Positions 9,648-19,517 are shown, counted from the stretch's first letter. The stretch: 64,000 nucleotides of DNA from Sedimentisphaerales bacterium (GCA_040772485.1 JAXGYC010000009.1:128001-192000); one strand, 5' to 3'. A program made the numbers and translations. The notes: generated by a model not told the origin, from the letters alone.

Positions 9648-9721
9648 TCCCGGATTTCCCGCTGCCACACGCATGCCCGGCCTTTGCACACACCCCGTCT
9701 TCGCACACCCCGCGACCCCCC

Positions 9722-9771
9722 GTTCGCCGCGTGCTCCCAGGAGCATCACGCCTTACGGCGTCACTACAAAC
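9722..9771. repeat. REPIN-like doublet, family A copy 2
   Basis: Degenerate left arm, TGCTC-CCAG-GAGCA, ACGCC-TTAC-GGCGT, CACTACAAAC. Confidence 0.75.
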
Positions 9772-9849
9772 GAGCGCCCAAGAGCCGCAGGACAGGCCTT
9801 GCCGCGAAATCCGCACAGACACAGGAGGGGAAATCCGGGTGTTTTCCGC

Positions 9850-9900
9850 TTGACCGGGGATTGGCGATCCCGTATTCTGAAGTGAGATTACAGATGTAAT
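9850..9900 (+). promoter_or_regulatory. Promoter and BlaI/CopY-type operator
   Basis: TTGACC-17 bp-TATTCT, then the palindrome ATTACA-GA-TGTAAT (9887-9900) matching TACAnnTGTA. Confidence 0.85.
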
Positions 9901-9916
9901 TGCATGGGAGGGACGT

Positions 9917-10297
9917 GTGAAAGGACTGCCGAGAATCTCGGACGCGGAGTGGTCGGTGATGACGGTGCTGTGGTCCAAGCCGGGCCAGACGGCCGACGAG
10001 GTCGTCGCGGCGCTGCGGGGCAAGGTCACCTGGACCGCGCGGACCGTCCGCACCCTCATCAACCGCCTGTTGCGCAAAAAGGCGTTGAAGTACGAAAAGG
10101 AAGGGCGCAGGTACCGTTACTTCCCGCTCGTCAATCGGGACCAGTGCATCCGGCGCGAGCGGCGCTCATTCGTGCAGCGCGTCTACGGCGGCACCGTGAC
10201 TCCGATGCTGGCCGCCTTCATCGACGACGCCCAGCTCTCGCCCGAAGACATCCGCGACCTGAAGCGCATGCTTGACGAAAAGGACCGGGCGCAATGA
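9917..10297 (+). CDS. BlaI/MecI/CopY family transcriptional repressor
   Basis: ISDAEWSVMTVLW, TVRTLINRLLRKKAL, YRYFPLV, FVQRVYGG. Confidence 0.95.
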   Translation: MKGLPRISDAEWSVMTVLWSKPGQTADEVVAALRGKVTWTARTVRTLINRLLRKKALKYEKEGRRYRYFPLVNRDQCIRRERRSFVQRVYGGTVTPMLAAFIDDAQLSPEDIRDLKRMLDEKDRAQ

Positions 10298-11868
10298 TGG
10301 CTTCTCTGGCCATGCACCTGCAACCGTTGCTGGACCGGCTCGTGCACACGACCTGGCACGCCGGCGTGCTGGTCTGTCTGATCCTGCTGGCCCAGAGGGT
10401 CTGCGCACGCCGGATCGACGCGCGCGGGCGTCACGCGCTGTGGCTCCTGCTGCTGATCCGCATGGCGCTGCCTTGGGCGCCTGCCAGCGGCCTGAGCGTG
10501 CACAACCTGCTGCCCTCAAGCCCGCGCATCGCTGCGCCGTCGGTCTGCGATGCACACCCTGCGAGCTCAGGTCCGTTGGATCCTTCAGGTCCCGGAGGAC
10601 TCAAGCGACCTGAGGGACCTGAGGGACATCCGATCGTCGGTGTGCGGTACACACCCTGCGTGTTGTCGCTGGTCTGGCTGGCGGGCGCTGCGGGTTTGGC
10701 CGGCTGTATCGTGGCCGCCCACCTGCGGCTCGCCCGGGTCCTGCGTCGCGGCAGGCCGGTGAGTGACCGATGGATTCTTGGCCTGCTCGAAGAGTGCAAG
10801 GATCTGATCGGCGTCCGGGCGGCGGTGGAGGTGATCGCGACGCGCGAGGTTGCCGGGCCGGCGCTGTGCGGCTGGCTCCGTCTGCGACTGCTGATGCCCG
10901 CCGCGGCGCTGGCCGAGCGGGACCGCCGCAGCCTGCGTCACATCTTCCTGCACGAACTGGCCCACCTCAAACGTCACGACATTCTCGTCGGCCACGTCGC
11001 CAGCCTGCTGCACGCGGTGCACTGGTTCAACCCGCTGATCGCGCTGGGCCTGCGGCGGATGCGGGCCGACCGCGAGCTGGCCTGTGACGAGATGGCCTTG
11101 TCCGCGCTGGCGCCTGAGGAAACCGCCGCGTACGGACGCACCATCGTCCATCAGATCGAGCGGTTGGTCCTGTCGCGGCCCCGATGGGCGATGGCCGGAC
11201 TGTGCGGAGACAAGGCCCGCATTCGGGAGCGGATCGCCATGATCTCCCTGTTCCAGAAGCACACCCGCCGGTGGCCTGGCGCAGTGCTCGTGCTGATGGC
11301 GTGCCTGGCCTGCGTCGGATTGACGGAGGGCCTGACCCCCGAACCGCCGGGATCGCAGGGACCCGACAGGGTCCTGCCCACCACGCACCAGGACGACCAC
11401 GCCAACATCATCCGGGTCTATATCCGCCACCTGGACACGGGCAAGTATCTGGTGGCGGACGGTGCCACGGTTCGCTGTGACGCCGACGAGCCGGGCGAGG
11501 CGGGGCTGTGGGAGGCCCGATTCGATGAAGACCTGGGCAACGGGGACGACCGCGTTTTTCTGTACTCTGCCGCTGCGAACCGCTATCTCGCTTGCGATCA
11601 GCGGGGGAGCCTCGCGCTCGACCGGCCCGACCCGGACGAGGCGGGACGCTGGATCGTCTGGTCCGGCCCCCAGGGGGTCTGGTTGATCTCGGATACGTAT
11701 AAGGATGGGTACGTCCGCCTGGACGAACAGGGGCAGGTCCGGGCGGTGCACTTCGGCCGGGATGCTCGCAGCTACTGGGACGTGCAGCAGGTCTGGAGGG
11801 TCAAGACCTCCGACGATCCGGTGTCCAACCCGGAATGGCGCCGGCAGCACGTGCCCGGCCCCGACTGA
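10294..11868 (+). CDS. M56 family (BlaR1-like) metallopeptidase with C-terminal beta-trefoil-like sensor domain
   Basis: HELAHLKRHD, HWFNP, DRELACDE; overlaps the blaI-like stop (ATGA); three-fold repeated beta motifs in the C-terminus. Confidence 0.9.
   Translation: MMASLAMHLQPLLDRLVHTTWHAGVLVCLILLAQRVCARRIDARGRHALWLLLLIRMALPWAPASGLSVHNLLPSSPRIAAPSVCDAHPASSGPLDPSGPGGLKRPEGPEGHPIVGVRYTPCVLSLVWLAGAAGLAGCIVAAHLRLARVLRRGRPVSDRWILGLLEECKDLIGVRAAVEVIATREVAGPALCGWLRLRLLMPAAALAERDRRSLRHIFLHELAHLKRHDILVGHVASLLHAVHWFNPLIALGLRRMRADRELACDEMALSALAPEETAAYGRTIVHQIERLVLSRPRWAMAGLCGDKARIRERIAMISLFQKHTRRWPGAVLVLMACLACVGLTEGLTPEPPGSQGPDRVLPTTHQDDHANIIRVYIRHLDTGKYLVADGATVRCDADEPGEAGLWEARFDEDLGNGDDRVFLYSAAANRYLACDQRGSLALDRPDPDEAGRWIVWSGPQGVWLISDTYKDGYVRLDEQGQVRAVHFGRDARSYWDVQQVWRVKTSDDPVSNPEWRRQHVPGPD
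10542..10659. repeat. Two family B REP copies plus 9-bp repeats, in-frame inside the M56 gene
   Basis: GGTCTGC-GAT-GCACACC-CTGC and GGTGTGC-GGT-ACACACC-CTGC flanking caggtccc/gggacctga units. Confidence 0.7.
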
Positions 11869-11959
11869 CGCAGCAGATTGCGGTATCCGCACCACAGATG
11901 AAGCGCTGAACGGGTACACCAGCAGAAGGCATCGTACGGCGGGGGAGAATGGAGCGGCA

Positions 11960-12583
11960 ATGGTAGTGACAGATGACGCCATTGGGGACGGCCTGCTGTT
12001 CGCCGGCGACAGTCCGGCGACAACTGACGCGCTGACCGCCGCGCTCGGGACGTCGGGCCCGCGCCTGACGCGGTCCGTGACGCCGGACGAATGCCTCGAC
12101 CGGCTCGGCACGTGCGGCTGCGGTCTGTTGATCCTCGACGCCACCGGCCGGACCGATGGTGTCTTGAACGTGCTGGCGAAGGCCAGACGAATCCATCCCG
12201 ATGTTCCGGCGCTGGTTCTGGTCCGGCACGGGGACACGCCCACCGCCGTGCAGGCGATGAAGGCCGGGGCGTCCGATTGCCTCGAAACCCCTTTCGATCC
12301 GGCCCAATTGCGGGCTGCCGTCGAATCCCTTTGCCGGCAGACCTCTCTCCAACCGGTCAGCCGTCGTGCGGCTCTGACGCCGGCGGAAGAGGTTGTGCTG
12401 GGCCACATCCTCGAAGGCCGCACCAATCAGGAGATTGCCAACCTGCTTTGTCGTTCGACTCGCACGATCGAGGTGCACCGCCGCCACCTCATGACCAAGC
12501 TCGGCGCCACGAACTTGGTCGATCTGGTCAGACGCTCCATGCAAATCGAAGCCGCCCGCAACCACCACCCCGCTGATCGCTGA
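11960..12583 (+). CDS. FixJ/LuxR family response regulator
   Basis: LLILD receiver, AVQAMKAGA, and LuxR HTH LTPAEEVVL...NQEIANLLCRSTRTIEVHR. Confidence 0.88.
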   Translation: MVVTDDAIGDGLLFAGDSPATTDALTAALGTSGPRLTRSVTPDECLDRLGTCGCGLLILDATGRTDGVLNVLAKARRIHPDVPALVLVRHGDTPTAVQAMKAGASDCLETPFDPAQLRAAVESLCRQTSLQPVSRRAALTPAEEVVLGHILEGRTNQEIANLLCRSTRTIEVHRRHLMTKLGATNLVDLVRRSMQIEAARNHHPADR

Positions 12584-12629
12584 GTCCGTCGCCCGTCGCG
12601 GGCTGCTCGTTGCGGCTGGCCGGGCGGCG

Positions 12630-15137
12630 TCAGCGCGGATTATACACGATTCTTTCGAACGGGATGGAGCCGCGGACGACCTTGCAGAAGGCCTTGCCGT
12701 CCTTGACGCCGACGGTGCCGTAGCCGGTGGCGGTGCACAGGAAGCTCTGGAAGTCGCCTTTGATTCGCGGCGCGACATACAGCGTGCGCTCGACCGCGTC
12801 GTACCGCGCGCCCGACAGCGCGCCGAGCAGGGCGTAGCTCGACATGGCGCGGGCGTACCAGTGGCCGCACTCGTATTCGTTGAACGGATTGCGGCTGCGT
12901 CCATCGTACCGGTCGCGCGCCACCCGCACGATCTCCAGACCCTCATCGACCATGCCGCGAAGGATCAGGTGCGACGCCGCCTGGTATTCGATGCCCGTCC
13001 AGACCTCGTTGCTGTAGACGAACGGCAGCGAGAGCATCCCGCCCTTGGGCCAGGTGCACAGCAGCAGGCCGCCGTCGTCGCCCATGGCGTAGCCCGGCCG
13101 CTGCGGATTGGCGTGCGCCGAGAGGTCCCGCTTGAGATTGTACCTGTGGATGCTCTTGAGGTGGCTGTTGACCTTGGCCTCGTCGAGCACCGGCCCGACG
13201 CCGGAGATCTCGGCCAGCCACGAGCCCAGCACCCCGTCGGACAGACACCCCGTGCCGTACTGGTACTTCGGGCCTTCGGCCTTGAGCAGCTCGATCGCCT
13301 CGGGGCTGTAGCCGCTGTTGAAGCTCTGGACGTTGACCGGGTTGCCGGCGCGAAGGCCCTCGGTCTGGATCTTCTGATAGAAGTACTCGCCGTTGAAGAG
13401 CTGCTCGTTGACGAACGCTTCGCCCTTGGCGAGCACATCCTCATAGAGTGTCACGTCCTCGCCGAGCTTCTTGCCCATGGCGACCGCCGCCTTGAGCGCG
13501 CCGAGATAGAAGCTGGTGCACATCGGGTCGGGGCCCCAGAACTCGATGTCGTAGGTGTTGTGGTGCGGCTCGCGCAGCACGCCCTCGTGCTTCGGGTCCC
13601 AGGCCATCATGCAGTAGGCGAGGCTCTCGCGCACCGCCGGCCACAGCGTCTTCATCCACGCGGTGTCGCCGCTGATGCGCCAGTCGCGGTAGACCTTGAT
13701 CACGCCGCCGAGCTGGCCGTCGCTGGCGGCGTGGAACTCGTGCTTCGGCTCGCGGATCGGCAGCGGGCAGCGGAAGTTCTGATGGCCCTTGTCGTCCTGG
13801 CAGACGCCGAACTCGGTCTCGCGCAGCGTCCGCTCCAGCGACGGGAACAGGTTGGGCATCGCCTGGGCGTAGTTCCAGACGTGGGTGCACGAGCCGTGGC
13901 AGCAGCCGGCGCCGTCGTGACATCCTTCGAACGCCCAGAATCGGCCATCGGTCTGCCGCAGGACGGTGGGGCTCTTGAGGATCGTCAGGTTGGCGGCGAC
14001 CGCCTCGACCACTTCGGCGGGCAGGGTCGTGTCGTGGAAACACTCGCTGAACTTCTTGCTCTCGGCGCGGAGCCGGTCGTAACTGGTTCGCCACTCGTCG
14101 ACGACGGCGCCGATGCTGTCGAACTTGCCGGCGTACCAGGGCTGGTACATCTGCCTTTCGCTTTCCGGCGAGGTCTCGTCGCCCTGGCGCACGTCGCTGT
14201 TCGGCACGTACCAGCACAGCTTCAGCGTGATGGTTCGCGTCTCGCCGGGCGCCAGCTCGAACGGCACGAACAGCGTCGCGCCGGAGCTCGCGCCGCCCTC
14301 GGTGGGGAAGTCCCTGTCGTAGCAGTTGCCCTGCTCGATGTCCTTCCAGACCATGGTCAGCGGATCGAACCAGCCGCCGCGGAACCAGGCGGCGTTGACC
14401 TTGGCGTCAGGCTCGTCGACGAACGCGGCCAGATAGCCTTCATCCTGCTTCTTGAGCGTGCCGCCCAGAGGCTGGCTGAGGACGAACCCGCCGGCGATCC
14501 GGTCGATGCGCGGCTCGTGACCGCGCACACTCATGAAGTTGGCGGCGTTGAAGGAGAAGACGGCCTCGATCTTCTCTTTGGAGGTGTTGGAGAAGCGGTA
14601 CTCGACGCCGACCATCGGCAGCGACGAGGCGTCGGCGTCGGGCGGCGCAAACGGGCTCCAACCGATGATCTCGACCTTCAGCGGCACCTTGGCATCTTGC
14701 AGCGAGACCACGCCGAACGGGAAGCGGCTGTGGAAGCTCGCCTCGCGAAAGCGCGGCAGGCCGTAGGTGGTCTCGCCGAGTCCGTTGCCGGGGCCGCCGT
14801 ACTGGCCCGTGCCCGGATGGATCGCGAAGACCTTCCACTTGGGCACCGGTCCCTCCAGCACGCGCGCGATGTTCTCATCGCCCTTGACGCAGATCGCGGA
14901 GAACACCTTGCGTTCGCTGAGGATGTCGGGCCGGTTGCGAAGCGAGAAGTGGCTGAGCATTCCGGTCCCCTCCAGGCAGATCATGCCCGCGCCGATGCCG
15001 CCCATGGGAAAGGCGATGCGGTCGAGGTTGGTCTGCGTGTAGGAGTCGTTGTACCGATGCTCTGCGAGAGCGACAGTGGCTGTGAAGGCAAGAGCAATCG
15101 CACACAACAGAAGGAATGAGATTCGGGCCGATTTCAT
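12630..15137 (-). CDS. GH116 family glycoside hydrolase, secreted
   Basis: Signal peptide; FPMGGIGAG, GSCTHVWNY, ASDGQLG, HNTYDIEF, NEVWTGIEY, NEYECGHWYARAMSS. Confidence 0.92.
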   Translation of the reverse strand: MKSARISFLLLCAIALAFTATVALAEHRYNDSYTQTNLDRIAFPMGGIGAGMICLEGTGMLSHFSLRNRPDILSERKVFSAICVKGDENIARVLEGPVPKWKVFAIHPGTGQYGGPGNGLGETTYGLPRFREASFHSRFPFGVVSLQDAKVPLKVEIIGWSPFAPPDADASSLPMVGVEYRFSNTSKEKIEAVFSFNAANFMSVRGHEPRIDRIAGGFVLSQPLGGTLKKQDEGYLAAFVDEPDAKVNAAWFRGGWFDPLTMVWKDIEQGNCYDRDFPTEGGASSGATLFVPFELAPGETRTITLKLCWYVPNSDVRQGDETSPESERQMYQPWYAGKFDSIGAVVDEWRTSYDRLRAESKKFSECFHDTTLPAEVVEAVAANLTILKSPTVLRQTDGRFWAFEGCHDGAGCCHGSCTHVWNYAQAMPNLFPSLERTLRETEFGVCQDDKGHQNFRCPLPIREPKHEFHAASDGQLGGVIKVYRDWRISGDTAWMKTLWPAVRESLAYCMMAWDPKHEGVLREPHHNTYDIEFWGPDPMCTSFYLGALKAAVAMGKKLGEDVTLYEDVLAKGEAFVNEQLFNGEYFYQKIQTEGLRAGNPVNVQSFNSGYSPEAIELLKAEGPKYQYGTGCLSDGVLGSWLAEISGVGPVLDEAKVNSHLKSIHRYNLKRDLSAHANPQRPGYAMGDDGGLLLCTWPKGGMLSLPFVYSNEVWTGIEYQAASHLILRGMVDEGLEIVRVARDRYDGRSRNPFNEYECGHWYARAMSSYALLGALSGARYDAVERTLYVAPRIKGDFQSFLCTATGYGTVGVKDGKAFCKVVRGSIPFERIVYNPR

Positions 15138-15228
15138 CGTTTCGCTCCTTGATTGGATTGAACAGCGTTTCAGGCAGGCACGCAGGCCTGTCGCTACATC
15201 ATAACCGCGCCGGCGGCTTGTGCAAATG

Positions 15229-15276
15229 GGAACTGAGGGACCTAAAGGACCCAAGGGACCTCAACGACTTGGGGAC
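15229..15276. repeat. Degenerate 9-bp tandem repeats
   Basis: ggaactgag/ggacctaaa/ggacccaag/ggacctcaa/cgacttggg. Confidence 0.65.
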
Positions 15277-15278
15277 GG

Positions 15279-17753
15279 TCAGCGGCGAGGGTCGAGGCCT
15301 TGCCAGCGATGGGTCCAGCGGTCTTTGCCCGGGCTCTCGACGACCATGAACTCGCCGTCCCGCCGCCACTTCAGCGGCAGGTTGTTCTCATCGCGGAGGT
15401 AGCGGGCGGGCATGAAGCCCTTTTCGAAGAGGGTTTCGAGCGAATCGGGCAGCGTGTCGAACGCCAGCCGATAGGCGTAGAGGGCCCGTCCGATGCCCAG
15501 CCGGATGAAGTGCGCCTCGTGGTGCGTGCGCTCGATCCGCTTGACCTCGGGCGGCAGCTTCAGCAGCCGCAGCACCTCGACGCCCAGCGGTCCGACCCGC
15601 GCTGTGTCGTGCGCTGCGCGGAAGGCGATCGTGTGGTCGCCTTTCTTCAGTTCGTGCGTGCCCAGCGCCACATCGGCCTCGTCGTCCTCGACCGCGCGGA
15701 GATCGACCGTCGCGATTTCCTTGCCGTCGATCATCACGTCGTACGCGCCGTTGCCCGGGCCTTTCGCCGCCGTCAGGCGTACCGCGTATCGTCCATCGTC
15801 AGCCAGCTCGAACGGCAGCGTCAGCACGGCGCCAGGCTCTTCGTTGGGCCAGGCCAACACGGGACGCGCGCCGAAGAAGCCCTGGGTCTGCACCTGCACC
15901 TTGGTCTTGCCCGAAGTCCTGGCGTAGCGATACGCCTTGACGAGATGGTGACATTGCCAGGGGACGCGGCGCTCGTGCCACGAGGGCAGCGGCCCGAACG
16001 TGGTCTGCGGCTCGCCCGTCTGGTACCAGTAGGCGACGCTGCTGAAGAAGTCGGGCCGTTCGAGGAAGAAGCCGTCTTCCGATTCGTCGAAGTTGCCGCG
16101 ATGTTCGATGGCCACTTTGAGCGACTCGGCGAAGTGGACCGGATCGAGCAGGTGCCAGCGGTAGCAGACGCCGCAATCGCCCGCCGCGTAGCCCTGCCAG
16201 CGAGGCTGCCCGAACCAGAGGCCCGTTCGCGCGCGGTAGCCCCAGGCGTCGTTGAAGTAGTCCTCGGTGCCGGTGCCCTGGAGGCTGGGGACCTGCTCGC
16301 CGTCGATGTAGAAGAAATCGTCGCCTTCGCCGAACCAGCCGTCCTGGCCCATCGTCACGCTGATGACGGTGCCGACGTAATAGCCGCTGCCCTTCAGGTC
16401 GGCCAGCAGGTAATCGCGGCCGGCGACCGCCGGATACTCCTGCCGATAGCGCGCGTAGAAGTACGGCACGTCGTCGCCCAGCTCGTCCAACTGCGTCCAG
16501 TCCACCTGCCAGTACAGACCGGTCGAGCGGTCGGGGTTGTCGTTGGTCACCACGATGCGAGCGCTCTTGCGGAAGGGCATCCGCCAGTAGCACGTCAGCG
16601 AGCCCGAAGGCGAGACCTGGACGGGAATGCTCTCGACCGCAGCGGGCCGGCCGTGCCCGACCGCGAAGAAGTCGCCCACGGGCGCTTCAACTCCCGGCTC
16701 GTCGCTGCCGTCGTAGTAGATGCGCAGCGTCAGGGCGTGCAGCTCGCCCACCCAGCCCGCGTGACTGGTGAGCCAGATGTGCGTCACGACGCCCGGCCCT
16801 TCGAGGATCGGCATGTTGACCGACTCGCCCGGCATCAGCCAGGTCATGTCGAGGTTCTCGTCGTGCCAGCCGGGCTGCTGGTTGCTGGAGACGCGGCGGT
16901 TGCGGCCTCTGGGCCCGCCGCTCATCGGCCCGAGGATGTCACGCAGCGAAACCGACTGCGTTTCGTCGGTCTTCTTGTGGTCGATCCACACCGCGTCGTT
17001 CATGTACGCGCGGGCGTACTCGTAGGTCATGTAGCCGTCGCGGCCCTCGTTGTTGGAGTTGCGGAAGATCAGCAGACCGCCGCCCGGCTGCGCGGGGTCG
17101 TCGCGATAGCCCACGATCAGCACGCTGTGTCCGTCGAAGACGCCTTCCGGCGGCGGGGTCTCCAGGACGTCGTTCGTCCATCGAGCCGGTTTCTTGGGCC
17201 AGCGCAGGCCGCCGCAGACGGGCCACTGCCGGTCGAGCGTCCGTTTGATCGCCACCAGGTGCTCGTCGGTGAGCCCCGTGTTCGGGTTCCAGGGCTTGAT
17301 CCAGTGCAGCCGGAAGCCGAATTCGTGCAACTGCCGCGCGTGGTCCTTGGCCTGCTCGCTCGGCGTCACGTTGGGATCGAACTTGTCTTGATAGGGCATG
17401 TCCCGCTCGGGACACGCGCCGTAGATCTCGAAGCCGCGCCACAGATCGGAGAAGAAGCTGCCGTCGTCGGTCTCGCCCAGCGCCTTGTTCGAGGCCCAGT
17501 TGAGGAACTCGACGCTCAGCCGCTCCGGCTGGCCCGTTCGGCTCGCCAGCGCGTACTCCAGCGCCCCGGTCACCGCGAAGACCGAACACGTGTTCCGCCC
17601 GCCCTGCACGCGCCGTTCGAGCTGCCAGGTCTCGAACGCCGGACGCAGATCGACGCTCCCCGCCCGCGCGCTGGCGGAGGCAAGCAGAACGACCAGCAAG
17701 CCCAGGTTGCCGAAGGTCCGACCAAACGTTGACAGATTCGACGCCATCGCCAT
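15279..17753 (-). CDS. Fusion of papain-like (C1) peptidase and DUF2961 (GH172-like) domain
   Basis: QGGRNTCSVFA, DGHSVLIVGY, IFRNS; then GPGVVTHIW, WFGEGDDFFYIDGE, GTGTEDYFN. Confidence 0.85.
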   Translation of the reverse strand: MAMASNLSTFGRTFGNLGLLVVLLASASARAGSVDLRPAFETWQLERRVQGGRNTCSVFAVTGALEYALASRTGQPERLSVEFLNWASNKALGETDDGSFFSDLWRGFEIYGACPERDMPYQDKFDPNVTPSEQAKDHARQLHEFGFRLHWIKPWNPNTGLTDEHLVAIKRTLDRQWPVCGGLRWPKKPARWTNDVLETPPPEGVFDGHSVLIVGYRDDPAQPGGGLLIFRNSNNEGRDGYMTYEYARAYMNDAVWIDHKKTDETQSVSLRDILGPMSGGPRGRNRRVSSNQQPGWHDENLDMTWLMPGESVNMPILEGPGVVTHIWLTSHAGWVGELHALTLRIYYDGSDEPGVEAPVGDFFAVGHGRPAAVESIPVQVSPSGSLTCYWRMPFRKSARIVVTNDNPDRSTGLYWQVDWTQLDELGDDVPYFYARYRQEYPAVAGRDYLLADLKGSGYYVGTVISVTMGQDGWFGEGDDFFYIDGEQVPSLQGTGTEDYFNDAWGYRARTGLWFGQPRWQGYAAGDCGVCYRWHLLDPVHFAESLKVAIEHRGNFDESEDGFFLERPDFFSSVAYWYQTGEPQTTFGPLPSWHERRVPWQCHHLVKAYRYARTSGKTKVQVQTQGFFGARPVLAWPNEEPGAVLTLPFELADDGRYAVRLTAAKGPGNGAYDVMIDGKEIATVDLRAVEDDEADVALGTHELKKGDHTIAFRAAHDTARVGPLGVEVLRLLKLPPEVKRIERTHHEAHFIRLGIGRALYAYRLAFDTLPDSLETLFEKGFMPARYLRDENNLPLKWRRDGEFMVVESPGKDRWTHRWQGLDPRR

Positions 17754-17870
17754 GCAGGATTCCTCACTTTCTCCGACCCGCAATCTTCTCTCGTGCAGCC
17801 TCGCGTCCGTCCACGATTCGCCGCCCGGACGCCCCGCCATTATGCCGCCCCTCCGCCGCCCCCGCAACCC

Positions 17871-17920
17871 GTTCGTAGTCTGCTCGCAAGAGCATACCAC
17901 CTGACGGCGTCACTACGAAC
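17871..17920. repeat. REPIN-like doublet, family A copy 3
   Basis: GTTCGTAGTC-TGCTC-GCAA-GAGCA ... CACTACGAAC (compensatory C/G in the outer stem). Confidence 0.75.
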
Positions 17921-18120
17921 GAGCGTCTTGCCCCGATGTCCGTCCAGACCGCTTCCGCGCGAACGACGTACATACATCGAACGGATCGAGATGAGGTTGC
18001 TACCTGCGATTCGCAGGTACCGGGCATAGCGGTAGATCGTGCTTTCCGCCAGTAGACCTTCCGCCACGGTATGACGAATTCGGACCGACATAAGCAGAGC
18101 GTCACGCGTGATTCCCCTAT

Positions 18121-18735
18121 TTATGGGAACACCCCGTTCAGGAAGCTCTCTGCTTGCTCAACGAAGAGACGTAGGTCAGCCAATTGTCGGTTTGTCCGAG
18201 GCACATCAATTGGTCGGAGGCGATAGTGTTGGTTGTAGTCACCATAGTGGACGATCTTGTGGCGACGCTCGACCAGCATCCTGACGCGTTTGAGGAGGTT
18301 CTTTCTGTGTAATCTCGCTTGCACGTTAACACAGAAGTCCTTCAGTCCAAGGCAGATGAATAGCTCGTCAATCGCATCCAGCCTTTGCGTGACACGTAGT
18401 TCAAGGTGGCGCGTCACCAACGTCCGGACTCTACGATATGGTCGTTCCATGGCCAACATTTCCAGTGCTTGGCGCACGTCGAGCCCTGCCTCCTTCAGCA
18501 GATCCGCAAGGCCATCGCCAACAGGGCCGCCTCTTCTCAGCACTGGAACTACCAAATCGCAGAACTTGTCTGTGAAATACGCATCCATTGACGCCACAGC
18601 GAGAACAACTGACGAGCGCACCAAGTCTCTGTTAGTTGCGAGCTTCTTGCGATGCAGTTGCTCGTAGAGTTTCACAAGCATACTGCACCTGTTCTGCGTT
18701 CTCAGGAACTTGTTGTACGGTCTTGTCGTCGGCAT
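18121..18735 (-). CDS. HEPN domain protein (RiboL-PSP-HEPN/MAE_28990-like), putative RNase
   Basis: VVLAVASMDAYF helix and RHKIVH (Rx4H) motif; low GC. Confidence 0.75.
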   Translation of the reverse strand: MPTTRPYNKFLRTQNRCSMLVKLYEQLHRKKLATNRDLVRSSVVLAVASMDAYFTDKFCDLVVPVLRRGGPVGDGLADLLKEAGLDVRQALEMLAMERPYRRVRTLVTRHLELRVTQRLDAIDELFICLGLKDFCVNVQARLHRKNLLKRVRMLVERRHKIVHYGDYNQHYRLRPIDVPRTNRQLADLRLFVEQAESFLNGVFP

Positions 18736-19046
18736 CGTGGGCAACTCGTGGTTGCTCTTTTGTCATACGTCTGGATTTGCCGCTCTGAGTATATATATCG
18801 GCCGAGTTCATGGTGAACTTGAAAGCAATCAACTCGGACCGGGATAAGCAAGGCCCCCCCATAATTCCCTACAGACACAAGGAGGCCCTCTTTTGCAGGC
18901 CCGCCTCGAAACGGGAAATCGTGTCCAAATCCCGTCTGGACAAGGAACAGCTAAGATGCGATAATAGCATAGGAACGCGATGATTGCGGAAGAGCAAGCG
19001 GATGTGTGCGAAAGTGTGTAGCGACTATATGGGAGATGTTGCAGTG

Positions 19047-19517
19047 ATGAGTCCACGTTTAGAAGTGATTGTCGTGGTCCTCCTGACTTCGATGTGGCTT
19101 GTCTTTGCAGGGTGCGAACGCAGAACGGACGAGGCGGAGACCCAGGAACAAAGCTCTCAGAAGAGCCACCGATCTGCTGAGGAGAAGGGCACCAACCTCG
19201 AGGCCATCCGGTTCGAGATCATAGATGAGAAAGAGCTTCTGGGTATGGATGGCAATAGGATGCTGTCGGCCACAATCCTGCTTCAGGAACGCCTCGGTGA
19301 AGAGGAACTGGTGTCTTTCATGAGCCAGATGAAGGATAGCTACAGAGCGTACGAGAACGCCACAATCAATGTCGTCGCTTCGCGCGGGGCGTATGAGGAA
19401 TGGACAAAGCATAGTAGCGAATCTGGTTCAGATCGGGAAGTGTGGGATAGGATTCTGGTCGTGGGTATACGCGAATGTGCCCACCCCTTGATGACACGCT
19501 CTATAGCGCCATGTTGA
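19047..19517 (+). CDS. Putative lipoprotein, possibly the 5' half of a frameshifted gene
   Basis: Hydrophobic N-terminus ending in lipobox FAGC; GGAG RBS. Confidence 0.6.
   Translation: MSPRLEVIVVVLLTSMWLVFAGCERRTDEAETQEQSSQKSHRSAEEKGTNLEAIRFEIIDEKELLGMDGNRMLSATILLQERLGEEELVSFMSQMKDSYRAYENATINVVASRGAYEEWTKHSSESGSDREVWDRILVVGIRECAHPLMTRSIAPC

Noticed and set aside
12861..17732. Long plus-strand ORFs of 752 and 810 aa, and similar antisense ORFs elsewhere
   Set aside because: Shadows of well-supported opposite-strand genes, expected at high GC3; no recognisable motifs
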